Below, in pieces: positions 47,733 to 57,818 of a stretch of DNA of 64,000 bases. A model generated the notes under the pieces. The model did no database searches and was not told the DNA's origin. It saw only the letters and a list, made by a program, of their open reading frames with translations. The DNA is taken from positions 576 through 64,575 of the forward strand of contig CAZIOU010000003.1 in assembly GCA_964540995.1 (NCBI GenBank), read 5' to 3'. Position 1 is the first letter of the stretch. Every line of letters starts with the position of its first letter. Made by a program: the position numbers and the translations under genes. The DNA is from an uncultured Gammaproteobacteria bacterium (GTDB lineage: Bacteria > Patescibacteriota > Patescibacteriia > UBA1558 > 2-01-FULL-52-15).

Positions 47733-49155
47733 GATAGAGATATAACCAGACTAAGATCAGATAGCCGAGACCCAAGGGGTGGTTGAGATACGGCGTCAGA
47801 GCATGGGTCAGACTGATGAAGAGTAAACTGCTGCCGGCCAGGAGTAGCCCTGTCTGATGACGCTCCACTCCTCGACGCCAACAGAGCCATAAGAGATAAA
47901 CGATCAGGCTAAACCAAGTCAGCCAACCAAGGATACCAAATTTGAAAGCAAAATCCAGCCACCCAAGTTCAAAGGCATAAGTAGTATAAGTTCCATCGGG
48001 ATTAGCCAGATTTCTAATGCGCGGATCCTGATTGATATAGGTTAACGTACTACCGAAGCCAGCACCGGTTATCCAATTGGTTTCTATACCACGAATCAAG
48101 ACTGGTAATAAATTGGCACGGGAAGAAGCTGCTGCTTCGCCTCCGGACAGTCGCCGAGCAAAAGCTGCAGCTACGTTAGCGTCTACCGGTGGGACGAAGA
48201 GTAATCCCAGTGTCAAAACAGCTGACGACAGAACAAGGCAGATTATCAGACCGATTCGTTTCCAAGATAGTTGTAATCTTCTGGCTATAAGTGGAATGGT
48301 GATAATCACCGTTCCGATCAGGGCTACTCCGAAGCTGCGTGACAAACTGATCAGGATGGCTGATCCGATGACGGTGAGTAGTAACCAATTCTTCTTGGTG
48401 AAACGTACACTGGCATCGAGTGACAGTAGTAGCAGACCCATTAACCAGATAATGACCAGATAGAGTTGCGACTGGAAAAATACTCGCCAGACATTACCGG
48501 TGACGAAGGTTAATTCCCCCACCTTGGTATCGCGTACCCAGAGATAGAGATAAGCAATATTGGCCCAAGGGTAGGCATGAGCGAAAATATGAAAGATGGC
48601 CAACGCCTTGAGACTGACGATCAGTACCGCCGCAACTGCGATAGCAGCAACTTTCTTCCAATCAATCGTCGGGATGAGATTAAGCCAGACCAACCAGTAG
48701 CCGAGATAGAGATAGTTATTGGCGTCGAAGAACATAGTAGCTAAACTGTTGTGACGCAGCAGTCCCACGGTAATCGCAAGGGCTAAGAAAAATACCACAG
48801 CGCCATACCAGCGTGCTAATGGCTGTGACCAGCTTATTTTACGCAGGCTGCTAATAATCGAAGGCAAACTAACCAAGAAGATAATGACAAACAGTAATAA
48901 GCGTAGCGATACTTCCGCTCCACCGAAAGTCCAGTAAAATGATTTACCGAGTGAACCCCAGACCAATTCTGCTAGTGGCAGATACAAGGCCCAGCGACGA
49001 TCACGGTGAAGTAGCCAGATGGTAGCTCCGGTGATCGCTAGTAATAGTAACCAGTTGAGCCACGACAAGGTATAGGCAGCCAGTGATAGTACTTCGGCGA
49101 TAACCAGTAGCAAGGCAGTGATTTGGAACCAATGATAATTGAGATAGCGAGACAT
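47707..49155 (-). CDS. O-antigen ligase/polymerase-like membrane protein
   Basis: Many TM helices; SLSRS and G.GFG motifs; within glycan cluster. Confidence 0.72.
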   Translation of the reverse strand: MSRYLNYHWFQITALLLVIAEVLSLAAYTLSWLNWLLLLAITGATIWLLHRDRRWALYLPLAELVWGSLGKSFYWTFGGAEVSLRLLLFVIIFLVSLPSIISSLRKISWSQPLARWYGAVVFFLALAITVGLLRHNSLATMFFDANNYLYLGYWLVWLNLIPTIDWKKVAAIAVAAVLIVSLKALAIFHIFAHAYPWANIAYLYLWVRDTKVGELTFVTGNVWRVFFQSQLYLVIIWLMGLLLLSLDASVRFTKKNWLLLTVIGSAILISLSRSFGVALIGTVIITIPLIARRLQLSWKRIGLIICLVLSSAVLTLGLLFVPPVDANVAAAFARRLSGGEAAASSRANLLPVLIRGIETNWITGAGFGSTLTYINQDPRIRNLANPDGTYTTYAFELGWLDFAFKFGILGWLTWFSLIVYLLWLCWRRGVERHQTGLLLAGSSLLFISLTHALTPYLNHPLGLGYLILVWLYLYHDKTQSSH

Positions 49156-49156
49156 A

Positions 49157-50005
49157 TTAGCCTTTGATGAAACTATAGAGCCAAGTCAGGAGCAGATTGA
49201 AGGGCATCATCAGATACAACCAAGCAACAGCAATGGGATTGCTGTGCTTCTTCATGTAGGTCAGTAGACTGCGATTGAACATCATTTGTAAACGAAGGGT
49301 GAAATGTTGACGGAAAGAAGCTTTGCCATGATGCACAATTTCCGCTGCTGGATAATACAGTAATTTCAGACCAGCTTGTTGTACGCGACGACAGAAGTCA
49401 ACTTCCTCGAACCAAAGATAAAACGATTCATCTAGCGTACCGATCTGGTCTAACAGTGAACGACGGAATAGCAAGGCCGCCCCCATAAGCTGCTCGACTT
49501 CTGCTGCTTGCGAATAATCAAAATCCCAACAGAGATACTGGCGTAAGGGCCAGACTGATGGGAGGACATTAATCATTTTGAGCACGACGGCCGTTTGATC
49601 GGCGACGTTAGGATTGCGCCGGACAGAACGTTGCCTGCTACCGTCAGGATTGAGCAAGGCCGGAGCGATAATACCAACCTGCGGCTTTTGTGCCAATTGA
49701 TCCACTAACTGTGCTAATGCAGTCGGCTTAACTTCCGTATCGGGATTGAGCATCAGGATGTAATCACCGGTGGCTTGAGCCAATCCTTGGTTATTGGCAG
49801 CGGCGAACCCTAAGTTAGTATCGTTAGCAATTAGTCTGACCTGAGGAAATTCCGACATCACCATGACTCGTGAGCCATCGCTGGAATGATTATCAATGAC
49901 GATAACTTCCAGTTCTAACGCTTTAGAGGATCGCTGCAACGACTGCAGACATTGTCGCAATAACCCGCGCACATTCCAGCTAACGATGACAACAGACAGC
50001 TTCAT
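49157..50005 (-). CDS. GT2 glycosyltransferase
   Basis: VVIVSWN, GFAAANN, LNPD, FEEVDFC. Confidence 0.92.
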   Translation of the reverse strand: MKLSVVIVSWNVRGLLRQCLQSLQRSSKALELEVIVIDNHSSDGSRVMVMSEFPQVRLIANDTNLGFAAANNQGLAQATGDYILMLNPDTEVKPTALAQLVDQLAQKPQVGIIAPALLNPDGSRQRSVRRNPNVADQTAVVLKMINVLPSVWPLRQYLCWDFDYSQAAEVEQLMGAALLFRRSLLDQIGTLDESFYLWFEEVDFCRRVQQAGLKLLYYPAAEIVHHGKASFRQHFTLRLQMMFNRSLLTYMKKHSNPIAVAWLYLMMPFNLLLTWLYSFIKG

Positions 50006-50006
50006 C

Positions 50007-51176
50007 TTAAGCGTTTATTTTTTTCTCCACGATGTCTACCATGGCGTCAACCGTTTTGATCCAAGAATAGCGCTCCATCAAGGTTTTCTTGGCTTGCGCT
50101 TTGGTCTCGTCGCCAATGTCAGCAATAGCCAGTTGCAGCTGGTCATGGAAAGCCTCATAACTATCAGCAATATAGATCTGGTCATGGAACATTTCGGCTC
50201 CACTCCCCGCCGTTGCTACCACCGGTTTACCGCAAGCTAGATATTCGTACATTTTCATCGGATTGGTAGAGGCGATGAATTCATCTTGTTTGTGCGGTAT
50301 CAGACCAATGTCAAATTGTTGGATGTACATAGGAGATTCAGAATATTCTTTGTAACCGAGGAAATGAATATTGGGTAAGGCTTGTAACTCTTTGGAATCT
50401 TCGGCGTACCAGACAGGACCACAGAGTACGAAGGATTTGTCAGGATTTTTCTCGGCCAGATATTTGATCAACGGCAGATCGACTCGTTTCTGGATGACGC
50501 CAATGTAACCAATAATCGGTCGTGGCAAATCAGCAATATCACGATTGACCAGACGCCACGGCTGTTGATAATGTTTTAGATCCACGCCATTGGGGATCCA
50601 ATAGACATTAGGTTGATTGTCGAAAACTTTCTGCAAATCTTCGGACACCGTGAAGATGACGTGACTGTGTTTCTTGATGTATTGATAGTTGTCTTGCAAT
50701 CGTTTCTTGATGAAACCATAGGAGCTGTGCTCGGCCCAGTTATCAACCGCGTCGAAAATAGTGAATTCAGCTTTGAGCGGTTCGAGATATGGCATGATCG
50801 GCGGGAAGAAGGACCAGACCACCGTAGTTTCAAATCCCAACTTGGTCAATGTCTGACGCAAGCGTTTGATGTAGCCTTGGGGATCGAGATGGAAAGAAAT
50901 GTCAGAGTAAACAAATTGCCGATCCGATAGTTGGATCGTTCGTTGCCACAGTGAACGTTGGATCACCTTGCCGCTCTTGAGCGGAGTGATGATAGTTTCT
51001 TTGAAATTACGAGCAGCTCGTTTCCAAGTTAGTGGCGGATAGTCGATGCAGATAATTTTGCGAAATTCGTGTCGCTTGGCCAATTCTTGCCAGATGTGGA
51101 AATTGCGGTTATGCACACCGTGCTCCCACTCGGTGAAATTGGACATATTGATCAAGACCAGATCGATCGGTTTCAT
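50007..51176 (-). CDS. GT-B fold glycosyltransferase
   Basis: IPNGVD, PMKMYEYLACGKPVV. Confidence 0.88.
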   Translation of the reverse strand: MKPIDLVLINMSNFTEWEHGVHNRNFHIWQELAKRHEFRKIICIDYPPLTWKRAARNFKETIITPLKSGKVIQRSLWQRTIQLSDRQFVYSDISFHLDPQGYIKRLRQTLTKLGFETTVVWSFFPPIMPYLEPLKAEFTIFDAVDNWAEHSSYGFIKKRLQDNYQYIKKHSHVIFTVSEDLQKVFDNQPNVYWIPNGVDLKHYQQPWRLVNRDIADLPRPIIGYIGVIQKRVDLPLIKYLAEKNPDKSFVLCGPVWYAEDSKELQALPNIHFLGYKEYSESPMYIQQFDIGLIPHKQDEFIASTNPMKMYEYLACGKPVVATAGSGAEMFHDQIYIADSYEAFHDQLQLAIADIGDETKAQAKKTLMERYSWIKTVDAMVDIVEKKINA

Positions 51177-51177
51177 A

Positions 51178-52347
51178 TTAGGACAGTATAGCATTAAGCT
51201 GGTTAGCCTTGGTGGTCCAATCAGGTAAGGTTTGGAGCTGATTGTAAGCGGCTTCGCCTAATTGTTGGCGCACTTCTGGATGGTCTAGTAGGTATTTCAG
51301 ATTAGCACTAATCGCTTCCAGTGAGGTGCTATCAACCAACAAACCGCTAACTTCGTGCTGCAGTATTTCTTCGGCTGAAGTATGTTGACCAGCGATGATC
51401 GGCAAGTGGAAATGAGCAGCGTCGAGATAGACGATGCCATAGCCTTCGATATCAGCACCAAGATTCAGTGTGGGTAACATGAAGATATCGGCTGCCTGAT
51501 AGTAGTTAGCAATATCCTCGTCACTGACATCAGTTAGGAAGGAAACCTGATCATTAATTTTCAGTTCGGTTGCGAGATGCTGTAAGGAAGCTAATTCTGG
51601 ACCGTTGCCAACGATGAGATAGTGACTATCATCACGACCCAAGGCATTCATCGCTTTCAACATCAGTTCATGATTCTTGCGTTTCACTAGACGACTAACA
51701 GTAAGGATGATCTGTTGGCCGACAAACTGTTGCTTGATAGCGGCGACACGCACTGGATCGGCTACCAGTCGTCCTGTCATGTACGGTGTGATCACGGTTA
51801 ATTTATTGGCCGGCAAAAGTGGCGCTACGATGGATCGGGTTGTTTCGCTGTTGACGATGACGTGATGGGCATTGGTCAGTAGACGAATGGCAGTCGTGCG
51901 ATCTTTGGCCAAAGCCAGATTGATATCCAGACCGTGTAATGACAAAACGTAGGGAAGGTTTAATTTCTTGCCGACTTTTTCCGCGATCAAGCCCAGCGGC
52001 AAAATGTGTGGTGTGAAAATAAGTTCAATCTTTTGTTGCTGACACAATTTCTTGACATTACGATAACCAGTTAGCCAGCGCGGGCGGAAGAGCTTTCCGA
52101 GAAGAGGTACTCGGTGCTCGTTACTAGGTACTCGGGAAGACGCGGGCGACCGAGTCGCGAGTAGCGAGTCGCTAGTACCGATTTGTCCGTCTCGAGCACC
52201 AAGTGACGAGTCCCCAGCCCCGCTCTTCATATCATGCGCCACAATATAATTTTGCTGTGGCAAATGTGAAAATAAACCGTAGCAATAATTGGCAATGCCG
52301 CCGCGGAAGGGGAAATATTCGTGTGTGAGGAGAAGGGTTTTTTTCAT
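51178..52347 (-). CDS. GT4 glycosyltransferase with in-frame repeat insertion
   Basis: GGIANY, RLVKRKN, EGYGIVYLDA. Confidence 0.9.
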   Translation of the reverse strand: MKKTLLLTHEYFPFRGGIANYCYGLFSHLPQQNYIVAHDMKSGAGDSSLGARDGQIGTSDSLLATRSPASSRVPSNEHRVPLLGKLFRPRWLTGYRNVKKLCQQQKIELIFTPHILPLGLIAEKVGKKLNLPYVLSLHGLDINLALAKDRTTAIRLLTNAHHVIVNSETTRSIVAPLLPANKLTVITPYMTGRLVADPVRVAAIKQQFVGQQIILTVSRLVKRKNHELMLKAMNALGRDDSHYLIVGNGPELASLQHLATELKINDQVSFLTDVSDEDIANYYQAADIFMLPTLNLGADIEGYGIVYLDAAHFHLPIIAGQHTSAEEILQHEVSGLLVDSTSLEAISANLKYLLDHPEVRQQLGEAAYNQLQTLPDWTTKANQLNAILS

Positions 52348-52470
52348 GGGGGTTGGGAATTGGGAATCAGGAATTAGGCGTTAGGAATTGGCAATTTGGT
52401 TTTTAGTAAATTATGGCCTCTCTGATTCCTACTGCCTAATGCCTACGGCCTAAGGAACTGGATTAATGAT

Positions 52471-53910
52471 TTAACGTTTGAGACTCGCTAACAAAGTACG
52501 TAAGTCAGCTGGTTTAAGTAGCCCAAGGATCCAGGTTCCTGCCAGGTAGGCTAGAGCAGCCAAAGCTATAGTTAGGTAGATATTGAGGTAATGGACTAGG
52601 AAAAGGATCAGCAGGGCCATCAGGAAGGCCATTATAAGCGTTTTAACGGCCATTATAAGCGTTTTGGCCCTGTTATAGGCTATATGGCGGTTGAGCACCC
52701 ATAAGCTCAAAATAAAGACCAAAATGGTACTAGTGGTCGAAGCCGCAGCCGCTCCCCGTGCCCCGTACATCGGGATCAGGATAAGGTTGCTGGTCACATT
52801 CCAGATAAGACCAGCAGTCACGATGGCGGTCTGCGCCCGCTGTTGGTTAATGGCATTGAGCAAAGAGCCCAAAGGAAAATTGATAAACAGAAATGGTAAA
52901 TTGGTGATCAGGATTTGTAAGGGCAAGACAGCATTGCCGAAAGCGCCGGTATAAATATGCGGTATCACATACGGTGCAGACACGATCAAACCTAAACTAA
53001 TGGGAGCAGCGACTAATAACAGATAGTGAATCGAACGAGTGAAGGTGACGGCTAGTTGCTCACGATCGTGCTGCCAGTAGTAGGCAAAGGCCGGATATAG
53101 TGCAGCGACGAAAGCTAATGGTATGAATTGGAAAGCAAAAGTAATTTTGTAGGCCACAGAATAATAACCGACTTCGGTGCTGCCCTGCATCAAGCGCAAC
53201 AAGACAGAATCAGTATAGGCATATAAGCGTGTAAAGACTGCAGCCAGAGCAAACGGTACGATCAAAGTCCATAATTCACGCAGTAGACCTTGATTCCAAG
53301 TCCAGTGCAGATGAAATCCGACTTTGCGCCGAGCGACCCACCACGAGTAAGCGAAGTTGAAGCTGCTGGCCACTACCAGGGCAACGATCAAAATGTCGAC
53401 GGGGAAGTGCAGACGTATCAAGGTGAAGCCAATGACGAGAATGATGAATTGGTGTAGCAGCGTGGCGAAACTTTCGTAGCCTAAGTTTTGTTTACCACGG
53501 ATACCGGAATAAAAAATTAAGGTAAAGCCATCCATAACCATGGCGATAGCGGCGACGATGATCAAGATGGCAGTCGCTAGATCGTGTACCAAGAAAGGGG
53601 TGATCAATCCCAACGCTACAATGACAAACAGTGACGTGACGATCTTGAGCGAGATGATCTGGTTAAATAATTTATCAGCGCCCTCCCCGCCTTTGGCCAC
53701 TTCGCGGGTAGCGATAGCGGACATACCGAGGTCAGCGAAGACGGCAAAGATTAGGACATAGGAAGTAGCGAAGAAGTATTTACCGGTATCCTCTGGGCCG
53801 AGGTAGCGGGCCAATAAGGTGAAATAAACAAAAGAAATGACCTTCTGCAAGGTCAGGGCAATCATATACCAGGCGGCATTGGAGGTGACTTTCTGGGTCG
53901 AAACTGACAT
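52471..53910 (-). CDS. Wzx-type flippase
   Basis: ARYLGP, DLG, VGYYSVA, LIPMYG..GAA; about 12-14 TM. Confidence 0.9.
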   Translation of the reverse strand: MSVSTQKVTSNAAWYMIALTLQKVISFVYFTLLARYLGPEDTGKYFFATSYVLIFAVFADLGMSAIATREVAKGGEGADKLFNQIISLKIVTSLFVIVALGLITPFLVHDLATAILIIVAAIAMVMDGFTLIFYSGIRGKQNLGYESFATLLHQFIILVIGFTLIRLHFPVDILIVALVVASSFNFAYSWWVARRKVGFHLHWTWNQGLLRELWTLIVPFALAAVFTRLYAYTDSVLLRLMQGSTEVGYYSVAYKITFAFQFIPLAFVAALYPAFAYYWQHDREQLAVTFTRSIHYLLLVAAPISLGLIVSAPYVIPHIYTGAFGNAVLPLQILITNLPFLFINFPLGSLLNAINQQRAQTAIVTAGLIWNVTSNLILIPMYGARGAAAASTTSTILVFILSLWVLNRHIAYNRAKTLIMAVKTLIMAFLMALLILFLVHYLNIYLTIALAALAYLAGTWILGLLKPADLRTLLASLKR

Positions 53911-54100
53911 ATGGGCAGTATAGCAAATTAGACTAATTTATCTAGTGTTTTGGCAAGGGGAAGATAGGGAGCTCGCAAAGGGTAATTCGTAATACGTAAT
54001 GCGTAATTACGTGCTACACCTTACGTTGTACGCCGTACGTCTTACGCTTTACGTCTCTAAAAAAATCCCCCCATACACGAATGTACGAGGGGATGGTTGG

Positions 54101-54970
54101 TCAGACTGGTTGCTCTTCGACTGGCTTTTGCTGTTCGGCAGCTTTGGCTTCAGCATCCAGAATTGCGGTGGCTTGATCGGCCCATCGAGCACGACGCAGG
54201 CTGCTCATGATGCGGAAGTCGTCCCAGATATGCAGTTTGAGTATTAGTTGCTCCAGCTCAACACGCATTCTGCGACCGACTTCGGATTTGATCTTGCCCT
54301 TCTCGGTTCGTTCTCGATTACTTCTTTCGATCACGACGCTGACCCCGATACCCAAGGTGTCGATTACCTGATTCATGTAGTCCTCGTCACCTTGGGCAGA
54401 ATAATGACCATTCATCCATACTAGTAGCTCTGTCGTAGACAGTCGGCCAACTGACCGTCCCAAATCATCAAGAAGTTGACACGTACTATTTGGAGTCCAG
54501 GCTTGTATTTTCTTCCATCTGTATTCACGGTCGTCAGTGCAAACAAACGAACACGACCGAAATATTCCGCGATTGCGAAGTTGGAGGATGAAGTGTCGGA
54601 TCTTGACCGCGTGTCGCTCGTCCAGCTCGTTGGCATAGTAGAAATACCATCCATCACCGATCTCTAAGGGTGCTATTAGATGTGTATGTTGTTTACCATT
54701 CACATCTTCGAACTGGTACACTTCCTGACCAATGACGGAGTAGCGAATTAGGTCACTGAGATTGATCAGGAACCAGAAAACACAGACAGCAGATAGCACG
54801 AAGCAAACTTCCTGTAGGATACCATTGTTGACATTACACATTATGCCCAGATAAATGGCACCGAAAAGCCATAGCGCTAGACTAGAAATACCTTTGGCAC
54901 ATGAATAACGCCACAACTCTTTTTCGCAGCCGCAGTTCCGTTGTTTGCTTTTTGCTTCTTCGTCTGACAT
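54101..54970 (-). CDS. Hypothetical membrane protein (paralog A)
   Basis: Two TM; YQFEDVNGKQHTH resembles YLFQDAKGVEHLH of paralog B. Confidence 0.7.
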   Translation of the reverse strand: MSDEEAKSKQRNCGCEKELWRYSCAKGISSLALWLFGAIYLGIMCNVNNGILQEVCFVLSAVCVFWFLINLSDLIRYSVIGQEVYQFEDVNGKQHTHLIAPLEIGDGWYFYYANELDERHAVKIRHFILQLRNRGIFRSCSFVCTDDREYRWKKIQAWTPNSTCQLLDDLGRSVGRLSTTELLVWMNGHYSAQGDEDYMNQVIDTLGIGVSVVIERSNRERTEKGKIKSEVGRRMRVELEQLILKLHIWDDFRIMSSLRRARWADQATAILDAEAKAAEQQKPVEEQPV

Positions 54971-55028
54971 TGATGCTCCTTAGGGTGAATCTGTATCTGG
55001 TTGTTAGATACTATTTCACCGGAAGAAG

Positions 55029-55091
55029 GTGCTAAGATAGGCCATTTCTGCGAGATGGCAGAACATTCCTATCAGAGCGGTGTAAATGAAC
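55029..55091 (-). promoter_or_regulatory. Structured 5' leader, copy A
   Basis: Shares sequence blocks and compensated stems with 56120-56186. Confidence 0.55.
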
Positions 55092-55243
55092 TGTTGCAGT
55101 TTTACTATGGATGGAGTCATTTGTCAATCGTTATTAGTTATTAGGGTAGGTTGCCCTCTCTTCCCGAATAACGAGTAACTAATAAAAAATATCTCTCTTC
55201 AAAAAAATCCCCCCGCACTATGCGTACGAGGGGATGGTTATCA

Positions 55244-56077
55244 TCAGGCGACGGTTTCCGAAGGTTGCGTCGGTTCTGATGACAGCTGTTCTGCCGTGAG
55301 AGATGAACCAGGGTAGAGTCGCTTGAACTCCAATCCAGCAACTTCTTCCCATTCAGCGACTTGCTTCTGGTCACGGAATTGTGCCAAACTCTCCTCGAGT
55401 GTGCGTCTCATTGCTGCGGCATTGGGTGAGGGCTGCGTCTGCCGACCAAACTGCGCCTGACGTCTGGCCAGACACATGGCGACACCGAGACGGAAGGTGT
55501 GCTCCTGGTACTCAGACCAGTCGTCACAGGAGTTGATGATAGTTAAAGCCTCACCAACTGAGACTCTCGGTCCTCTATTACAGCGGTCTCGAAGTTCAAC
55601 CGAATCAGAGTGATACGCCGAGTAAGCTCGAATCTCTTTCCAGGAGTAATCGACGGGATTGAGCACATACGACCTTGTGTTTGACCAACCATTTGGGCGG
55701 ATAACTACGATATACTTTTTGATCTGGATCGCCGTTCCGTTGGGATTGTTGCAGTGCCAGATCTGACCGACACGGATCGGAAGCGTGACATGCAGATGTT
55801 CTACGCCTTTGGCATCTTGGAAAAGGTAGAGTTCCTGCTTGCTACTGCAAATCATAAGGATCACTGCGATGACCATACATATGAATGAAGTGGGTAGTAC
55901 GAATTGAGAGGAGTTAGGTGTTAGCTGTTGATTCTGCAATGAGTCAAATAGAGCGGCAATGAACAGTAGGATACTGATTAACCCAAAGATAATTGAGAAT
56001 TTGGCTGAATGCTTAAGCCGTTCCTCGGATTGAGAATCAGGAACTGTTACGCAATATTCACAGCCTGGTTTGTACAT
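55244..56077 (-). CDS. Hypothetical membrane protein (paralog B)
   Basis: Same architecture as 54101-54970; GAGG SD before ATG 56077. Confidence 0.7.
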   Translation of the reverse strand: MYKPGCEYCVTVPDSQSEERLKHSAKFSIIFGLISILLFIAALFDSLQNQQLTPNSSQFVLPTSFICMVIAVILMICSSKQELYLFQDAKGVEHLHVTLPIRVGQIWHCNNPNGTAIQIKKYIVVIRPNGWSNTRSYVLNPVDYSWKEIRAYSAYHSDSVELRDRCNRGPRVSVGEALTIINSCDDWSEYQEHTFRLGVAMCLARRQAQFGRQTQPSPNAAAMRRTLEESLAQFRDQKQVAEWEEVAGLEFKRLYPGSSLTAEQLSSEPTQPSETVA

Positions 56078-56119
56078 ATTGAACCTCACGACGTCAGGCC
56101 AGATTCACCTAACGACAGA

Positions 56120-56186
56120 GTGCCAAGATACAGCCATCCCTATCAGTTGATTGGGCATTCCGTATCAGGGCGATGTGTAAATGAAC
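56120..56186 (-). promoter_or_regulatory. Structured 5' leader, copy B
   Basis: Shares sequence blocks and compensated stems with 55029-55091. Confidence 0.55.
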
Positions 56187-56243
56187 TAGACCTACCCTAC
56201 TGATTTTCGTCTCTACCGTCAAGCCAACCTGCCTGCTGCAGCT

Positions 56244-56457
56244 TGTCGTTTCGACCGAAGTCCCGCTCGGGTGGGACGAGCAGAGAAACCTTTATTATAC
56301 TTTGGGTGGCAATACAGTATTTAGTAAAGGTTTCTCTGCTCGTTATCTTATGGATAGCTGGGAAAAGTCACAATCATAATTGGTTGCTGTGTAGTGTGTA
56401 ATAAAGGTTTCTCCGCTCTCTACGCCTGCGGCTTCGTTCGGTCGAAACGACAGAGCA
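56244..56457. repeat. REP-like palindromic repeats downstream of GIY-YIG gene
   Basis: TGTCGTTTCGACC...GAG(C)AGAGAAACCTTTA units in both orientations. Confidence 0.8.
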
Positions 56458-56460
56458 ATA

Positions 56461-56787
56461 TTAATCTTCGCGAGGGACTATCTCCTCCCCCGTCAGAGCA
56501 AAGTCATACAAGTCGATGAATTTGGGATTATAGATTTGGATGAGTTGTAATTTTTTATTTCTGTTCCAGCGTTTGATTTGCTTCTCGCGCGCGATGGCCT
56601 CTAATGGACTACCATAATGTTGGAAGAAAAGCAGTTTGTGTGTATTGTAGTGGGCGCTAAAACTTCGAGGATTATATTTTGTCCGATGTTCATTAATTCG
56701 CCGCTCAATGTTATTCGTAATGCCCACGTAAATACAGGTATTGTATTTGTTACTAATTATATAGGTGGTGTAGATGCGATCTGGCAT
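56461..56787 (-). CDS. Small GIY-YIG nuclease-family protein
   Basis: TYII...IYVGITNNIERRINEH, AIAREKQIKRWNR.KK..LI...NP.F.DL. Confidence 0.92.
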   Translation of the reverse strand: MPDRIYTTYIISNKYNTCIYVGITNNIERRINEHRTKYNPRSFSAHYNTHKLLFFQHYGSPLEAIAREKQIKRWNRNKKLQLIQIYNPKFIDLYDFALTGEEIVPRED

Positions 56788-56859
56788 TGGAGGTTAAATA
56801 AACTGTAATAATTTTTTTTGGCCTGTCTGGCTACGCAAACTTGGAGAAGTCTCGATTAT

Positions 56860-56921
56860 GTGTAATAAAGGTTTCTCCGCTCACCTCTCGCCGCGAGAGG
56901 TTTGGTCGAAACGACAGAGCA
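56860..56921. repeat. REP-like repeat upstream of GIY-YIG gene
   Basis: Direct repeat of 56396-56457 with a different central hairpin. Confidence 0.8.
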
Positions 56922-57018
56922 GAAAATAAAACAAGGTATCGAATGATACCCTGTTTTTTGTAATATATTGTGTCTAGCGTTTCGACCATCCCCTCGGCTT
57001 TGCTCGGGGTTCCGCAAG

Positions 57019-57423
57019 CTAACGCTTGCTCCATTGAGGGGCGCGACGAGCACGTTTCAAACCTGGCTTCTTACGTTCTTTCTTGCGAGAATCGCGAGTG
57101 AGTAAACTATTTTTCTTCAAAGTAGATTTGACTGTCTCGTCCATTTTGAGTAGAGCGCGGGCAACAGCGTGACGGACAGCTTCTGATTGGGAAGATTTAC
57201 CACCACCGGAAACTTTGACGGAGATGTTCAACCGATCCTGACCCACTAGCTTCATTGGTTCGAGGATATTCTCTTGCCACTGGGCATAGGGGAAATACTG
57301 CTTCCAATCAACGTCATTGACGGTCATGGTGAAAGCCTGATCATCAGATTTGTTGATGCGTAGACGGGCAACAGCAGTTTTGCGGCGACCGACAGTGATA
57401 ATAGTGGTAGTTCGAGCAGTCAT
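57019..57423 (-). CDS. rpsI: 30S ribosomal protein S9
   Basis: GRRKTAVAR, GGG, ERKKPGLKRARRAPQWSKR. Confidence 0.97.
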   Translation of the reverse strand: MTARTTTIITVGRRKTAVARLRINKSDDQAFTMTVNDVDWKQYFPYAQWQENILEPMKLVGQDRLNISVKVSGGGKSSQSEAVRHAVARALLKMDETVKSTLKKNSLLTRDSRKKERKKPGLKRARRAPQWSKR

Positions 57424-57433
57424 GGTTTAGAAA

Positions 57434-57817
57434 TTAGGATTTAACTTCAGTCTTAGGCTTAGGAGGGTTACCGAACGTCATGCGCTTAATACGAGCAGAC
57501 CGTAGTCGGTTCTTGGGTAACATGTCATTGACCATTTTCCACAACAACTTCTTAGGGTTCTTGAGGTTCATCTCTTTCAACGGAGTGGTGATGATACCAC
57601 CTGGGTAACCAGTATAACGATGGTAGACTTCCTTTTCTAATTTCTTACCGCTGAATTTGAGTTTGTCGATATTATAAACTTTGACCATGTCTCCCCCATC
57701 GATATGAGCTTGGTAGTCAACTTTGTGTTTACCAATTAACCAGGTAGCGATCTGGGTAGCGATACGGCCGGCGTTATTGGATGAAGCGTCGATTGTCTTG
57801 ATTTCTCGTTTGATCAT
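57434..57817 (-). CDS. rplM: 50S ribosomal protein L13
   Basis: IDA, GRIA, GKHK, TGYPGG, MLPKN. Confidence 0.95.
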   Translation of the reverse strand: MIKREIKTIDASSNNAGRIATQIATWLIGKHKVDYQAHIDGGDMVKVYNIDKLKFSGKKLEKEVYHRYTGYPGGIITTPLKEMNLKNPKKLLWKMVNDMLPKNRLRSARIKRMTFGNPPKPKTEVKS

Positions 57818-57818
57818 A

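Noticed and set aside
52627-52665. 21-bp-period tandem duplication in the flippase (KTLIMA twice)
   Set aside because: Simple in-frame slippage with no sign of a wider system.
56244-56921. CRISPR array
   Set aside because: Repeats are few, in mixed orientation and irregularly spaced, and there are no cas genes in the window.
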